Below, piece after piece: positions 26,976 to 40,699 of a stretch of 64,000 bases of DNA. The DNA comes from the human T2T-CHM13v2.0 reference genome, Homo sapiens, in the NCBI RefSeq assembly GCF_009914755.1, contig NC_060938.1, one strand, 5' to 3'. The notes under the pieces are model-generated. The model had not been told where the DNA came from, did not search any database, and saw nothing but the letters and a program-made list of their open reading frames with translations. Numbering within the stretch: the stretch's first letter is position 1; each line of letters begins with the position of its first letter. Made by a program: the position numbers and the translations under genes.

Positions 26976-27370
26976 CTGTGGAAGAGACTATTTTAGGTCA
27001 GTAAAATATCTGGTCAGAGTCACAGCCACAGAGAGCCCAGGGTGTGAGGGAGCTTTTGGCCTTGGGGGACTCCAGGGCCCTGGGGCAGTTGATAAACCTC
27101 CCAGGACCTCCGGTGCTTCTCCGTAGCCTGGCTCCCACTGGCTCCAGTGCTCAAAGCAAATTCTTCCCCCAAGCCCTGCAACTTTCCCTGGGGTAGCTCT
27201 CATTCCACCTCTATAACCAGGAAGGGCCCCTTGGGTAGGCACCCCTCAGCAAATACCCCTAGCTTGTCCTCAGCAGATGTGGTTGGCGGTGGGCAAACTG
27301 GCCTTCTCCCCTGCTCAGTAGGGAACTGGACTTCTGGACCCACCCAGACTCATTTCTCTCTATGTCATTG

Positions 27371-27920
27371 TGTCAGAGGTGTTTGAACCAGAGGAACTCC
27401 ATCTTAAATAGGAGCTGGGTAAAATGAGGCTGAGACCTCCTGGGCTGCATTCCCAGATGGTTAAGGCATTCTAAGTCACAGGATGAGATAGGAGGTCAGC
27501 ACATAAAGACCCTGCCATAAAGACCCTGCTGATAAAACAGGTTGTAGTAAAGAAGCCAGCTAAACCCCACCAAAACCAAGATGGCCAAGAGAGTGATCTC
27601 TGGTCATCCTCACTGCTACACTCCCACCAGTGCTATGACAGTTTACCAATGCCATGGCAACATCAGGAAGTTACCCTATATGGTCTAAAAAGGGGAGGCA
27701 TGAATAATCCACCCCTTGTTTAGCATATTATCAAGAAAGAACCATAAAAATGGGCAACCAGCAGCCCTCAGGACTGCTCTGTCTATGGAGTAGCCATTCT
27801 TTCGTTCCTTTACTTTCTTAATAAACTTGCTTTCACTTTACAGACTTGCCCTGATTCTTTCTTGCGTGAGATCCAAGAACCCTCTCTTGGGATCTGGATT
27901 GGGACCGCTTTCCTATAACA
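27371..27920 (+). mobile_element. MER41A solo LTR (ERV1)
   Basis: TGTCAGAGGTGTTTGAACCAGAG...CCTATAACA, 550 bp; AAAAAGGGGAGG runs directly into CATGAATAATCC (A-type); near TSD attg/gttg. Confidence 0.9.
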
Positions 27921-30399
27921 GTTGGAGTTTGGAAGAGATGAACAGCCTCCATCTCCCCATCCCCCCATCCCTCCAGCAGAGAATATAGGGTCACTTTCCC
28001 CCTTCCTAAAGGCTACAGAGGCTCACAGCAGCAGAGCCTCGAGTACTACCCCCCTTTCCTTTTCTGAAATGAGAGATGTCCAGGGAATCGGGGACATCTT
28101 TCCCTCTTCTCTCTGTTAGGATGCTAGTGAGTTCTGCTTTTCCCACTTTGTGAGCAAAGCACACATGTGCACAGCTAACAAGCCAGATGATTTCTAAATA
28201 AACTAAAAATACTGCCTTATCTCAGAGGCCTGTGCTGAAGGAGCTTGTTTAGAGTATCGGATGAACATTTACAAATAGAAAATCCTTCCGAGTTACCTGC
28301 TGTTACACCCCATGGCTTCCTCCCCTGGAACACAGCAAAGGACCTGGGGTGACTGGAGCAAGTGGCCATCAGGGTTTGGTGATACTGCGTCTGATTTGTC
28401 CTCTCCTCTAGACTCGAGACAACTCCAGGGCAGATCCTGGAGCCTCAGCCCCAGTCCAGGGTCTGGTACATAGAAGGCGCCCCACAAGGGTTGGTGGTTG
28501 GTGGGAACACAGCAAAGTGGGAATTCCTTGGCTGGTACTGTGCAGGTGATTGAAGCCAGCTGCCTAGGGTTAAGATATCCCATTTCCCAGTCTGGGTAGG
28601 AGAAACCCAGGTACATGTTCACACATGTCCACTCTGTTTGCCTCTCCCTCCCATCCGGAGTCCTTCCACAGTGTCCCCTCCTTGGGACATCTGCTTCCCC
28701 AGCATATGCCTCTGGGGCACTTTGCTGCAGAATGGAAGAAGATCAAGTGCTCTCCTGTTCCAGGTCAGGCACTTTGGATTTAACCTTGAGGCAGAGGCTC
28801 AGCTGCCCTGACAACCCACAGCTCATTTCTACAGCAACACCTCCTGCAAAGGTAGCCCAGCACGTCCTTGGCCACCAGCTTCCTGCGGTGATAAAAATAG
28901 CTGAGGCCCCGCAGCTGCTGAATGATGAATTCTGGAAGGAGATGATTGATTCTCACAGCTGAGTCTCGGGGTCAGCGAGTGTTGTGCAAGTGGAGACGCC
29001 GGGGTGAAGGATGGGGGTTCTGCTATAGATAGAACTGTTGACAGAGTGATCCTGGGCTTCTCCCCACCTGAGGGGAACATAAACTGAGCTAATTAAAAGG
29101 AACTGCAAAGGGCTGTTGGAAATGATGCAGACGCGTGCATCCTTTGCTTTCAGACCATCTTTGACCTTTTTGGAATGTGCAGTCATTTCCCCTCCTTCCT
29201 TCTGGCACAAGATTCAAAGTGGGGAGAAAGTGTTCATTTCCAGGGAAGGCAATGGGGTGGTAAAGTGAGAGGAGTGCCTGCTTTCCCTAAAACAATGGTG
29301 AGGAACTGTCAGGGCTTATGAAACACCACAGGGACACCAATGTCAGGCAGCACCTAACAGCCTGGAATTAAAATCTGCTCCCCGCTTGCTCAGGCTGGAG
29401 GAGTGCTCCTGCTGGCCTTGCCAGGGGACTAGCCTGTGATCTACCATGGCTGCACTCTGATTAATCACAGTGATCTAAGGTTAACTGTGCACATGAAGCT
29501 CCTGACCAGCACCAGAGTAGCTTGTAAGCCAGTGCCCATGTCATAAAGCCATTGCAATTGCACTGTGCACAAGTAAACAGCTGGGCCTGTGACATTGCAC
29601 AGATGGACTGGATCTGGGCAATTCATAGATATCACCATATGCATTTACTTTATAGTACATATTTTCTGGGCAATCTATCCCCCAGTGTTCTATAAAGTAA
29701 TAAGAATAAGGTTTCAGAGAAAGGGAGAGAGAGAAAAGTCACTGGACAATGGGGAAATTAAGAAGCAAATGAGAAAGGATATGTTTTCAGATGAGATTAT
29801 TAAAAAGATGATGAGTTGATGAGGTGGCCAGACGAAGAGAAGATAATCCAGATGGCTATTGCTCCCAAAGAGAAGGCTCTGTGTTGTAATCAGAGCAGAG
29901 AAAAAGGGTGAAGGAGACCTACTGGCTTTCATGAAAGAGACAAAGGGGAGCCCCTGCAGGGGAGTCTGGGTGAGGACCACAGGCTTGAAAGCAAAGCAGA
30001 CCCTTCCTTTGTCTTTATTGGAATCCTATGAAAGGCAAGTCCTGAATGCCTTTACGCCTTTCTCTCCATCCTTTTCTCATTATCTGCTCCTCTGAATTAC
30101 ATCTTGCCAGCTCCAAACCCTTCCCCAGGTAGCTCCCATCTCTCCCACCCGCTAAGGTATCCTGGAGTCACCTCTGCCTCCATCAGTGCCTTTGGGGATG
30201 CAGCAAGTGGAACTGAATCCACATACTCCGGTTATCCCTGACTGTAGAGTTCATACAGAAGCTATCTGTATGCCTCCTCATTACGTAAAATTTAGAGTCA
30301 ATTCAAAGGAGGGTAACAGGACAATGAGGGGTCTGGAAATGGAGTCAGATCAGCTTAGGTGAGGTAGGGGGCTGATACTATAATTAGTCTGGAAAAGAG

Positions 30400-30880
30400 A
30401 AGATTTCAGATAACCCTGCAGGTTGTCTCCAGGTCTGTCCCTCATATTTGTGGGAGATAAATGGAGACCTCTTATCTTCCAAACCCCTACTCTGTCCCAC
30501 TGCAAGAGGAGTTGCACACATGTACATATGTGGACAACCCAGGCTGCACATCCAAGCTGCATTTCCACACCCCACCAGAAAACTGCCACTTGGCCACTGC
30601 TGGAAGCTGGGGAGTTCACATCAGAAATGTGGGCCATCTTTCAGAGGACACACCTGGGAAGAAGCTACAGGCTGGGGTCATTGGACTGGGCACCCCCAGG
30701 CTTGTTACCTGGAGCAAGTTCTAGAAGAAGGCCTTGCTGGATCGAGGTGGGCCCGTCTCCATGGTCCCACTAACTTGTCTTGCTCATGGAAAGTGGTATG
30801 ACCCAGGAAGGGCTAGAATGGAGCCCCCAAAATGTGGGGCCTATGGAAGAGACCCCTTGCCAGGATCTAAGTCTGCTGCT
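30400..30880 (+). mobile_element. MER115-like hAT-Tip100 DNA transposon fossil
   Basis: cacatccaagct...ttctagaag...ggtgggcccgtctcc...gtggggcc...ccccttgccaggatctaag; resembles the recalled MER115 3' half. Confidence 0.45.
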
Positions 30881-30999
30881 GAGTATGACCAACTCAAGCT
30901 GTCCAAACTGGATGCCAAATCTGCTCCTTCCTCTACATTCTGCCTCATGAAAGTTTTCACTGTCTCCTGCAGGAGAACCCTGACAGCCTGGCCTTAACC

Positions 31000-31720
31000 C
31001 CTCACTTCTCCTCTTTCTCCATCTCCAATGCAGCATTCAGTCCTGCTGACTCCAACTCCTTCAGGCCTCTAGAATCTTCCCTCTTTCCCAGCCCCTGGCT
31101 ACGCCCAGTGACAGTTCTCACTTGTGCCAGGACTAATTGCCTGGCCTCCTGAGTTGAACTCTTCTCCTCCAGTCTCCACACTGCCAGTCCAGCAATCTCT
31201 CCCTGAGGTAAATATGACCTTACCACCCCCTTTCCTACCTAAAGCTCTTCAGCGGTGCTCCCTATGCCAGTGGGATCAAGCCCAAGCTCCTGAGCCCAGC
31301 ACACAAATCCCTCCGTAGCCTGACTGCTGCCCCTGGCCTCTGACTCTCAAACCTTGTCAAATATTCTTACAGTTAATGCAACAAACATACCATTTCCTGT
31401 TTCTTTGCTCACACTGCTCCCTCTCCCTGAAGGGCCTTTTCTCTCCTGCCTGCTTGGTTGATGTGAACTCACTTTCTCCTGCATGGAAACCTTTCCAATA
31501 TCCCCTACTCTTCCTTTCCTCCCCAGGTAAAATTGATTATCTGTAAGCTGAACTGAAGTCTACATCATAGCAAATAAAATAAAATATTTTCTACGATTTA
31601 ATTGTTCACAAATCTGTTTGGTTTTTTGTTTTTTTTTTTTTCCACCAGACCATAGTCTCTCTAAGGTAGGGGCCACATTGTTCTTGGCAACCCTGTGCCT
31701 GACACCGAAACACGTGGTGA
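31000..31720 (+). mobile_element. L2 fragments (further pieces near 28390-28520 and 32440-32780)
   Basis: tctccacactgcc...cctaaagctcttcagcggtgctccc and tttgctcacactgctccctct motifs. Confidence 0.55.
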
Positions 31721-33954
31721 ACTGAAATGGAAAGTGTGTATCTGATCAATGCTGGTTGCCACACATCTAATCCTATGTTGATGAGCACATGTCATTTTTT
31801 GTTCTTAGCAGCTATTATATATGGTAACACTTTCTAAACAATGGACAGAAACTGATCACAAGTTCCAGGCAGGCATGCAAGACAGGGGGAGTCCATAAAA
31901 GGTGCTCAGCCTTGCTGAGAACCCCTGGTATCACCAGCAGCTGGAAAAGCACCCAGAGTCTGCAGCAGTTCCAAGCCTGTGGACTTTGTGTCTCAGGTAC
32001 CAGGGTTATCTCAGGATGAAAGTCAGGCCAGTTCCTCCAGCCACTTGGCTCTGCATCCCCTTCTCCTACAGGAGGGGCCAGCAGGGACTTCTGGTTTACC
32101 TTTGGAAGGGAGGGAGAGGGGATAGGCCAGGCAGGTATGAAACCTACTCAGGTATTCAGGGCCCAATAGGCAGCTTGTCTACTTGTGACTCATCGAATGG
32201 GCAAGGATGCACACAGGATGCGACGCAGCCCTGCCCTGGAAGGGCTCATACTCAGTGTGGAGGCCAGGGCAGTAAACCAATGAGGTGAATATGAAAGACC
32301 TGCCAAGGGAGAGGCAAATGCCAAAGGATGAGTGCACCCGGGCAGAGACTTCTACCCACCTCCTTCCCAAGACCATGTGCTCCCCTCCCCTCACACAGGG
32401 GTCCCTGTCCCCCTTGTTCCCTGATCTTCTGTCTGCACAAACTTCCCGCTCTGTCTGGACCGCTCCTCCCACTGTACCACGCACAGCCTGTTCCTTTCCA
32501 TCTTCAGTGTCCGCTGAAATGTCCTTTCCTCAGAGGCTTCTTCTGTCACCCCCTTTATAGCAGCTTCTGTACTTTAAACTGCATTATTTGCTCTCAGCTT
32601 CTTGTTTATTTCCTTGAAAACATGAATTGAAGGAACCATCTTATTTATTATGTGTATTGTGTCTCTAATCCACTGGCTCCATGAGGGCAGAGGTTGCATC
32701 CATGTTGTGTTCTCCTGTGTTGACAGCATCTGGGACATAGTAGAGGCTTAATAATTGTTTACTAAACAAATGAAGGAAAGAAGTGCTCTTGTTGGTTCTC
32801 TGGTAGGTGGTGATGAGAGATGTCATGGGAGGTCCAGAAGTCAGGACATTCAAAGAGGGCCTAGTAGCATTGTCAAGCGTTTGCCAGATGGAAGAGGCAT
32901 TGCAGGTGTGTGAGCAGGGATGTGATTCTGAGGGTGATGAAGGGTGGTGGTGGGGATACATGTAGCCCACCTGGGGAGGTAAAAGGGGGCAGCTATTGTC
33001 CCTTTTTGGGGGGATGGCCCCTCTCCTTGATGGTTGGGACAATGAGGTAAACTATTAAAGGTCCATGTGGACACATCTACCCCTGGGGCATGCCCATCCA
33101 GGCTAAACAAAATCAGCACAAGCTGAACAATTAGGACTCAGAGAGCTACCTGAGGGATCTAACAAGGACAGCAAGGACACTCAAGTGACCTCAGATGATT
33201 CTGAAACCTGGGAAAAAGACTCCACAAGCCCAGGCCATCTGATCATGAGATGCATCTCCTGACTGCCTCTGGCTGTTCACAAAGAGCTGGCCAAGGACAT
33301 TCCGGCTATGCCAGGCCACCGGGCCAAGTTCCCAGGGACAGCAATCCACCGCCTCTCTCCCCCCATCACACCCAAGGGAAGCACACAAAGTAGGCCTGGG
33401 TCCATGGCCTGGCAGACACCTGTCCCCGGCTTTCTGGGACAGTGCACTGCATCAGCTGCCAGCAAAACAACCAGCCCCTTTTCAATGGGCCAGTGGGCAG
33501 GGCTGCCATTGGCGGAGCCCTGGTGATTTACGACACCCCGGCTCAGTGCACCATCAGGGAGCTTCCAGGTAGAATCTCCAACTTCACCAGGCAAGGGCTC
33601 TCCCTTCCAGTGATTTATGGAGCCAGAGTGAGCCAGTTGTTTTTTTTCCCTTTCCCTCCTCCCTCCTCCTCCAGGACAAATAGGTTTCACATCGCTGTGG
33701 GCACTCTGGTCTGCAATGACAAGACAAAGAGGTTCCACTTGTCCCTCTGCCCCCTGCACCTGCTGTCAGGGGATGATGGTTATTGGTCAGCAGCCACATC
33801 CATTTCACTGGCACTTTTAGCTCTTTATGTGGTGCCGGCCACAGCATCAGCCACAGGGCTCTCTCGATGGCTTTGCTGGTTGCTCAGATATATTGCCTAT
33901 CTAGAATAGACCTGCCTCCAAACTACAAGGTCAAACTTTCCTCTCCTGACCTAA

Positions 33955-34082
33955 ATTCCTTCCTTCTTTCCTTCCTTCCTTCCTTCCTTCCTTCCTTCCT
34001 TCCTTCCTTCCTTCCTTCCTTCCTTCCCTCCCTCCCTCCCTCCTTCCTTCCTACCCTCCCTCCCTCCTTCCTTCCTTCCATC
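33955..34082. repeat. (CCTT)n/(CCCT)n microsatellite
   Basis: Direct inspection. Confidence 0.97.
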
Positions 34083-34959
34083 CAAATAATCCATACATCT
34101 TGATTTCTTGGCATAAGACTCCAGGGGGCTGGGGTTGCCTTCCATAGCAAGAGAACAATCATGAAGCAGCTGGTGCCCTGAGCCTGCTTTGTGTTGTACA
34201 ATGAAGGGCCTTGAGCTTTTTCAAAGTCATGTCTTAGCTCCAAGAGGTCAAAAATGAAAGAAGATGGCTGTCCATCTCTGTTATTCTCAGGTGCCTTCGC
34301 ATTGCTCTGGCGCTACATCAGTGCAGTGGTGTCCTCAGGGTCAGGGGGGTAGCAGAGGCACAGCCAAGACAGAGTGGGAGGGAGACTGAGAAATGCCTCC
34401 CAGCCTCGCCAGCTTTGGGAGTCAGAGGTCCTTGGCAAAGAGCCTTCACTCACTTACACCCCCAAGAAGTGCCTGGGAATTTATCAGGAGAGGCTGCCAT
34501 CTATGGAAAATCACAGACAAAATGCAACACCAATCACTCTGTGAAGTCCAGTCCCTTTTCCTCTGTCATGCATGGGGAAGGAAGAAAAAGTGAGCAGTCA
34601 GTCCGGCACCAAGCCCACCCGCCCTCACCCATAGCAGCCCCTCCACAATCCACTCAAGAGAACTGATGTAAGCCAGGCTGATTGTCTCAGCTCCAAATGT
34701 GGCAGCCAGCAGCAGAAGGACTTGTCAGGTCTCTGGGATGCCGGGGCTGCTTCTCCAAGGTTACCAGGCTGCTGCATGTGGCTTCATCTTTCTGTTCTCT
34801 GGCGGCCTTCATGGGCTTCTGTAGCCTGCCTGTGCACAAGACTGTGCTGGAGACTATGGGATGTGTTGGGGCCCTGTTGTTCGGGATGTTGTTGGGTGTG
34901 GGAGAGGCACTGTTTCAGCAGCCCCTGCTCTCAGGGTGATGGCATACTGTGGGTGATTA

Positions 34960-35175
34960 ATAATATATGCTAGCATTTTGGGGCACTTACTCTCTGCCAG
35001 GCACTGTGCTAAGTACTTTATTTATATCATCTCATTGAACCCTCTCGACAGCCTGTCAGGAGCACACTATTGCCTGATTTTTGCAGATGAGGAAACTGAG
35101 CTTTAGGAAGATTAGATAATTATCCAAGATCACATACTAGTAACAGGGAGAGCCAAGAATTGGACACATGATTTA
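34960..35175 (-). mobile_element. MIR
   Basis: gcacttactctctgccaggcactgtgctaag...gcagatgaggaaactgag...caagatcacatactagtaa. Confidence 0.85.
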
Positions 35176-35579
35176 AATTCTCGTGTGCTTAGTAAGTTGT
35201 ACAGCCTTCTTCTATGAGGGTTATTGGGAATTCAGATATTTAAGGAGCACTAAGAAAATTAGTCAAAATTCCAAACAACAGTTAAAGCCAGGCTGTTTAG
35301 ATAAAGCATTTTCCAGAATATGGGCTGGGACAAGGCAGGAACACATCAAACCCTTCAATTCCTCGGATGAGTCTAAGGCAGCCACCAGCTGCAAATGGTT
35401 TTCTCTGCTCCTGAGAGGCTCAGAACACACCTCCTAGCCTCACCTGGATTTATGTGGCTGGGATGAGGCCTTGACAGCAGAATCCCAAAGACGTAGACAT
35501 CTTTGAGGGGCCTCTATTCTGCCTATCATGCATAGGTTTCCTTATTAGTCTACATGATAGCCATATGAGGTATGTATTC

Positions 35580-35927
35580 TGATATGGCTGGGCTCTGTGT
35601 CCCAACCCCAATCTCATCTCGAATTGTAATCCCCACGTGTCAAGGGAGAGAGGTAACTAGATCACGAGGGCAGTTTCTCCCATGCTGTTCTTGTGATAGT
35701 GATTGAGTTCTCTCAGGGTCTGCTGGTTTTATAAGTGTTTGTGAGTTCCTCTTTTATTCTCTCTCCTGCCTCCTCGTGAAGGTGAATGCTTCCCCTTCCA
35801 CCATGACTGTAAGTTTCCTGAGGCTTCCCCCACCATGCAGAACTGTGAGTCAATTAAACCTCTCTTCTTTATAAATTACCCAATCTCAGGGAAGTTGTTC
35901 ACAGCAGTGTGAAAACAGATGAATACA
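35580..35927 (+). mobile_element. THE1 MaLR solo LTR
   Basis: TGATATGG...GAATACA; perfect TSD TATTC (35575-35579, 35928-35932). Confidence 0.92.
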
Positions 35928-35936
35928 TATTCTTAT

Positions 35937-36334
35937 TTTCACTCGCGTGAAGAGACCACTAAACAGGCTTTGTGTGAGCAACAAGGCTGTTTATTTCACC
36001 TGGGTGCAGGCGGGCTGAGTCTGAAAAGAGAGTCAGCTAAGGGAGATAGGGGTGGGGCCGTTTTATAGGATTTGGGTAGGTAAAGGAAAAAGGGGGGTTG
36101 TTCTCTGGCAGGCAGGAGTGGGGGTCACAAGGTGCTCAGTAGGGGAGCTTTTGAGCCAGGATGAGCCAGGAGAAGGAATTTCACAAGATAATGTCATCAG
36201 TTAAGGCAGGAACAGGCCATTTTTACTTCTTTTGTGGTGGAATGTCATCAGTTAAGGCAGGAACCGGCCATTTGGATGTGTACGTGCAGGTAACAGGGGA
36301 TATGATGGCTTAGCTTGGGCTCAGAGGCCTGACA
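35937..36334 (-). repeat. HERV-H 3' LTR (LTR7)
   Basis: TGTCAGGCCTCTGAGCCCAAG...TATAAAA...AATAAA...GTGAAA on the minus strand. Confidence 0.95.
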
Positions 36335-37656
36335 TTCCTGTCTTCTTATATTGACAAGAAAAATAAAAGGAAATAGTGGTAAAGTGTTGGGACGGTGAAA
36401 ATTTTTGGGGGGTTGTATGGAGAGATAATGGGCGATGTTTCTCAGGGCTGATTCGAGGGGGATTACGGGCGGCGGGGGAACGTAGAGTGGGAGAGATTAA
36501 GCTGAAGGAAGATTTTGTGGTAAGGGGTGATACTGTGGGGTTTTTAGAAAAAACATTTGTCATTTAGAATTATTGGTGATGGCCTGGATACAGTTTTGTA
36601 TGAATTAAAAAACTAAACGGAATAAAAGAAGGAGAAAAACAGGTATTGAAGGACTAAGAATTGGGAGGACCTAGGACATCTAATTAGAGAGTGCCTAAGG
36701 AGGTTCAGCATAGCCTTGCCAGCAAAGATTATTTATTTACTTTAAGAGTTAAGAATGGTGGTTTGGGGATAGCACCAGGAGATATCAGCTGTGATGACTT
36801 GGAGAAACAGTGTAAATTGGCAGTGTAAACAAGAGCAGGGCATGTATGAGTAGTTGAGAACGGTGAATAGGAGTATGACTAGACAGAAGATAGTAGGGAT
36901 GACAAGTTTTTCGGGGCACAGTCCAAGTTGGTCTGGTGTCTGGAATGAGACTGGGGCCTAATAAAAAGGAGCATCTATACAGGAGCTCAAGTGGGCTGTA
37001 CCTTGTAGCATTCTGAGGACAGGCCTGAATTCTGAGAAGGGAAAGTGGTAAAAGTATTGTCCAGTCTTTTTTAAGTTGGTGGCTGAGCTTGGTGAGGTGT
37101 GTTTTTAAAAGACCATTAGTCTGTTCTACCTTTCCTGAAGACTGAGAACTGTAAGGGATATAAAGGTCTCACTGAATACTAAGAGCCTGAAAAACTGCTT
37201 CGCTGATTTGACTAATAAAGGCTGGTCTGTTATCAGACTGTATAGAGGTGGGAAGGCTAAACGGAGGAATTATGTCTGACAGAAGGGAAGAAATGACTGC
37301 GGTGGCCTTCTCAGACCCTGTAGGAAAAGCCTCTACCTATCCAGTGAAAGTGTCTACCTAGACTAAGAGGTATTTTAGTTATCTGACTCGGGGCATGTTG
37401 AGTAAAGCTAATTTGCCAGTCCTGGGTGGGGGCAAATCCTCAAGCTTGATGTGTAGGGAAGGGAGGGGGCCTGAATAATCCTTGAGAAGTAGTAGAATAG
37501 CAGATGGAACACTGAGAAGTTATTTCCTTGAGGACAGATTTCCATGATGGAAAGGAAATGAGAGGTTTTAAGAGGCGGGCTAGTGGCTTGTACTATAGCA
37601 TAGCCTGCCTTTGCTGGTGTGTGGCGATTAGGCCTGGTGGAACTGCCATCAATAAA

Positions 37657-38927
37657 CTAAGTGTGATCAGGGTGAGGAACAGGAAAGAAGGAAATATGGG
37701 GAAATGGGGTGAACGTCAGGTGGATCAGAGAGATGCAGTCATGAGGGTCAGGTGTGGTATCTGGAATAATGTGGGAGGCCAGACTGCAGTCCAGGCCAGG
37801 AACAATGGTAATTGTGGGAGACTCAACAAAGAGTGAGTATAGCTGAAGGAGCCGGGGAGCAGAAAGTGTATGTGTCAGGTGTGAGGAATAAAATAGATTT
37901 TGGAAATTATGAGAGCTGTAGAGAGTGAGTTGAGCATAGTTTGTGATTTTAAGGGCCTCTAAAAGTATTAGGGTGGCAGCAGCCGTTGCAAAGAGACATG
38001 ATGGCCAGCCTAAAACAGTAAGGTCAAGTTGTTTGGACAAAAAGGCTACAGGACACGATCCCGGTCCTTGTGTAAGAATTCCGACTGCACAGCCCTGCAC
38101 TTCAGCTGTGTGTAATGAAAAGGGTTGGGATGAGTCAGGGAGAGCTGGGTTGGGGGCAGTCTCTAAAGCTGTCTTCAAGGAACAGAAAGAGGAGTGGGGA
38201 AAGGATTTAGGATCTATGGGGTCAGCTAGGTTTCCTTTTGTGAGTTTATCTAATGGTTTTGTTAGGATGGCAAAATCAGGTATCTAAAGGTGAAAGTATC
38301 TAACCATGCCCAGGAAGGAAAGGAGTTGTTGTTTTGTAGAAGGGGTTGGGGTTTGAGAGATTAGTTGGACACGATCAGCAGGGAGAGCACGTGTGTTTTT
38401 ATGAGAATTATGCTGAGATAGGTAACAGATAAGGAAGAAATTTGGGCTTGACTTAAGTAATGGGGGCTGTCTGTGAAGCTTTGCAGCTGTACAGCCCAGG
38501 TAATTTGCTGAGCCTGATGGGTGTCAGGGTCAGTCCAAATGAAAGCGAAGAAAGGCTGGGATGAAGGGTGCAAAGGAATAGTAAAGAAAGCATATTTGAG
38601 ATCCAGAACAGAATAATGGGTTGTTGAGGGAAGTATTGAGGATAGGAGAGTATATGGGTTTGGCACCACAGGGTGGATAGGCAAAACAATTTGGTTGATA
38701 AGGTGCAGATCCTGAACTAACCTGTAAGGCTTGTCTGGTTCCAGGACAGGTAAAATGGGGGAATTGTAAGGAGAGTTTATAGGCTTTAAAAGGCCATGCT
38801 GTAACAGGCAAGTGATAACAGGCTTTAATCCTTTTAAAGGGTGCTGTGGGTTGGGATATTGGCATTGAGTGGGGTAAGGGTGATTAGGTTTCAATGAGAT
38901 GGTAAGAGGTGCATGATTGGTCGCCAA
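37657..38927 (-). pseudogene. pol: HERV-H pol remnants (RT N-half, connection/tether), disrupted
   Basis: SPYNSPILPV, YRLVQDL, PVVPNPYTLL, VLDLKYAFF; YxDD region missing; PVAFLSKQLD...GWPSCL. Confidence 0.93.
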
Positions 38928-38989
38928 GGAGGGAGTAGAGGTATCCTATACTTGTGGGTTAAGGTGGGGGATACAAGAGGAGGATGCAA

Positions 38990-39303
38990 AGGAGGCTTTG
39001 GATTGGGAAGAAGGGCGTCAATGAGATGCGGCTGTAGTCCAGGAATAGTCAGGGAAGCAGATAATTTAGTTAAAGTGTCTCAGCCTAATAAGGGAACTGG
39101 GCAGGTGGGGAAAACTAAAAGGAGTGCTTAAAAGAGTATTGTCTAAGTTGGCACCAGAGTTGGGGAGTTTTAAGAGGTTTAGAAGCCTGGCCGTCAATAC
39201 CTACAACAGTTACGGAGGCAAGGGAAACAGGCCCTTGAGAAGAAGGTAATGTGGAGTGGGTAGCCTCCATATTGATTAAGAAGGGGACGGACTTACCTTC
39301 CAC
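38990..39303 (-). pseudogene. pro: HERV-H protease remnant
   Basis: EGKSVPFLINMEATHSTLP (catalytic DTG replaced by NME), VVGIDGQ flap. Confidence 0.88.
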
Positions 39304-39369
39304 TGTGAGAGTTACCTAAAGCTCGGCATCCGTGATGGTCTAGGGGGCTTCCGAGGCGATCAGGCAGTG

Positions 39370-40500
39370 TCAGTCTTCAGCTGCTAAGCTGAGAAGATCT
39401 GGGAAGGAGTCAGTCAGAGAGCCTTGGGCCAGAGTTCCAGGGGCTCTGGGAGTGGCTGCCAGGTGAGTTGAACAGTCCGATTTCCAGTGGGTTCCTGCAC
39501 AAATGGGACACAGCTCAGGAGGAATCCTGGGCTGCAGGCATTCCTTGGCCTGGTGGCCAGATTTCTGGCACTCGTAGCAAGCTCCTGCGGGAGGTGGGCC
39601 TGGAGGAACGCCTGGCCACTGCGGTTTAGGTGTTTGGAAGTTCTTGTGTACTGGAGATGTGGCTGGGGTTTGTCTCACAGTGGAGGCAAGGAATTACAAC
39701 TTAGAAATATGTTGCTACTTGGCTGCCTCTACTCTATTATTGTACACCTTGAAGGCGAGGTTAATTAAGTCCTGTTGTGGGGTTTGAGGGCTGGAATTTA
39801 ATTTTTGGAGTTTTATTTAATTTTGGGAGTAGATTGGGTAATAAAATGTATATTGAGAATAAGACGGCCTTTTGACCTTTTAGGGTCTAGGGCTGTAAAG
39901 CGTCTCAGGGTTGCTGCCGAACGAGCCATGAACGGGGCTGGGTTTTTTATATTTGACGAAAAAGAGTCTAAACGCTAACTGATTTGGGAGAGGTCGGATA
40001 AAGAAAAAGGAGTATTAACCTTGACTATACCTTTAGCTCCAGCCACCTTTTTAAGAGGAAATTGCTGGGCAGGTGGGGGAGGGCTAGTTGCGGAATGAAA
40101 CTGTAAGCTGGACTGGGTGTGAGGAGGGGAGGTGATAAAAGGATTATAGGGGGAGGAGCAGAGGCTTAGGAAGAATTGGGACCTAGCTCGGCCTGGCGAG
40201 GAGGGGAGAGGTCAGATGGGTCTGTAGGAAAGGAAGATTAGAAAGACTCAGTAATGCTTGGGGTTGGGACTGAGGGGACAGGTGGGAAGGAAAGAAGGAA
40301 GATTTGGGACGAGTTGCATTGGGAACAGAGACTAGGGAGGGACCGATGTGTAAAAGAATGCGTGGACATCAGGCACTTCAGACCGTTTGCCTATTTTACG
40401 CCAAGAATTATTTGATCTTGTAGGATGGAAAAATTGAAAGTGCCATTTTCTGGCTATTTGGAACTACTGTCGAGTTTGTACTGGGGTCAAGCGGCATAGC
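39370..40500 (-). pseudogene. gag: HERV-H gag remnant; the NC end is open over 39370-39678
   Basis: Two zinc knuckles, CYECQKSGHQAKEC and CPICAGTHWKSDC. Confidence 0.88.
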
Positions 40501-40699
40501 AGAAGAAAATAAGATGCTTAGATTTTAGGTCAGGTGAGAGTTGAAGAGGTTTTAAGTTCTTAAGAACACAGGCTAAGGGAGAAGAAGGAGGAATGGAAGG
40601 TGGAAACTTGCCCATAGTGAAGGAGGTGAGCCCAGAGAAAAGAGACAGTAGAGACACAGAGAAAGGGTGGGGGGTTCTTGCCCTCCAGAAAAGCAGAGA

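Noticed and set aside
33277-33909. Overlapping 155-160 aa ORFs on both strands
   Set aside because: No domain signature; GC-rich chance ORFs.
33783-34243. LPSF/EGRK repeat ORFs (also 41890-42245 and 52661-53032)
   Set aside because: Translations of microsatellites.
37657-39678. HERV-H pol/pro/gag ORFs as functional genes
   Set aside because: Protease catalytic Asp lost, RT YxDD region deleted, frames fragmented.
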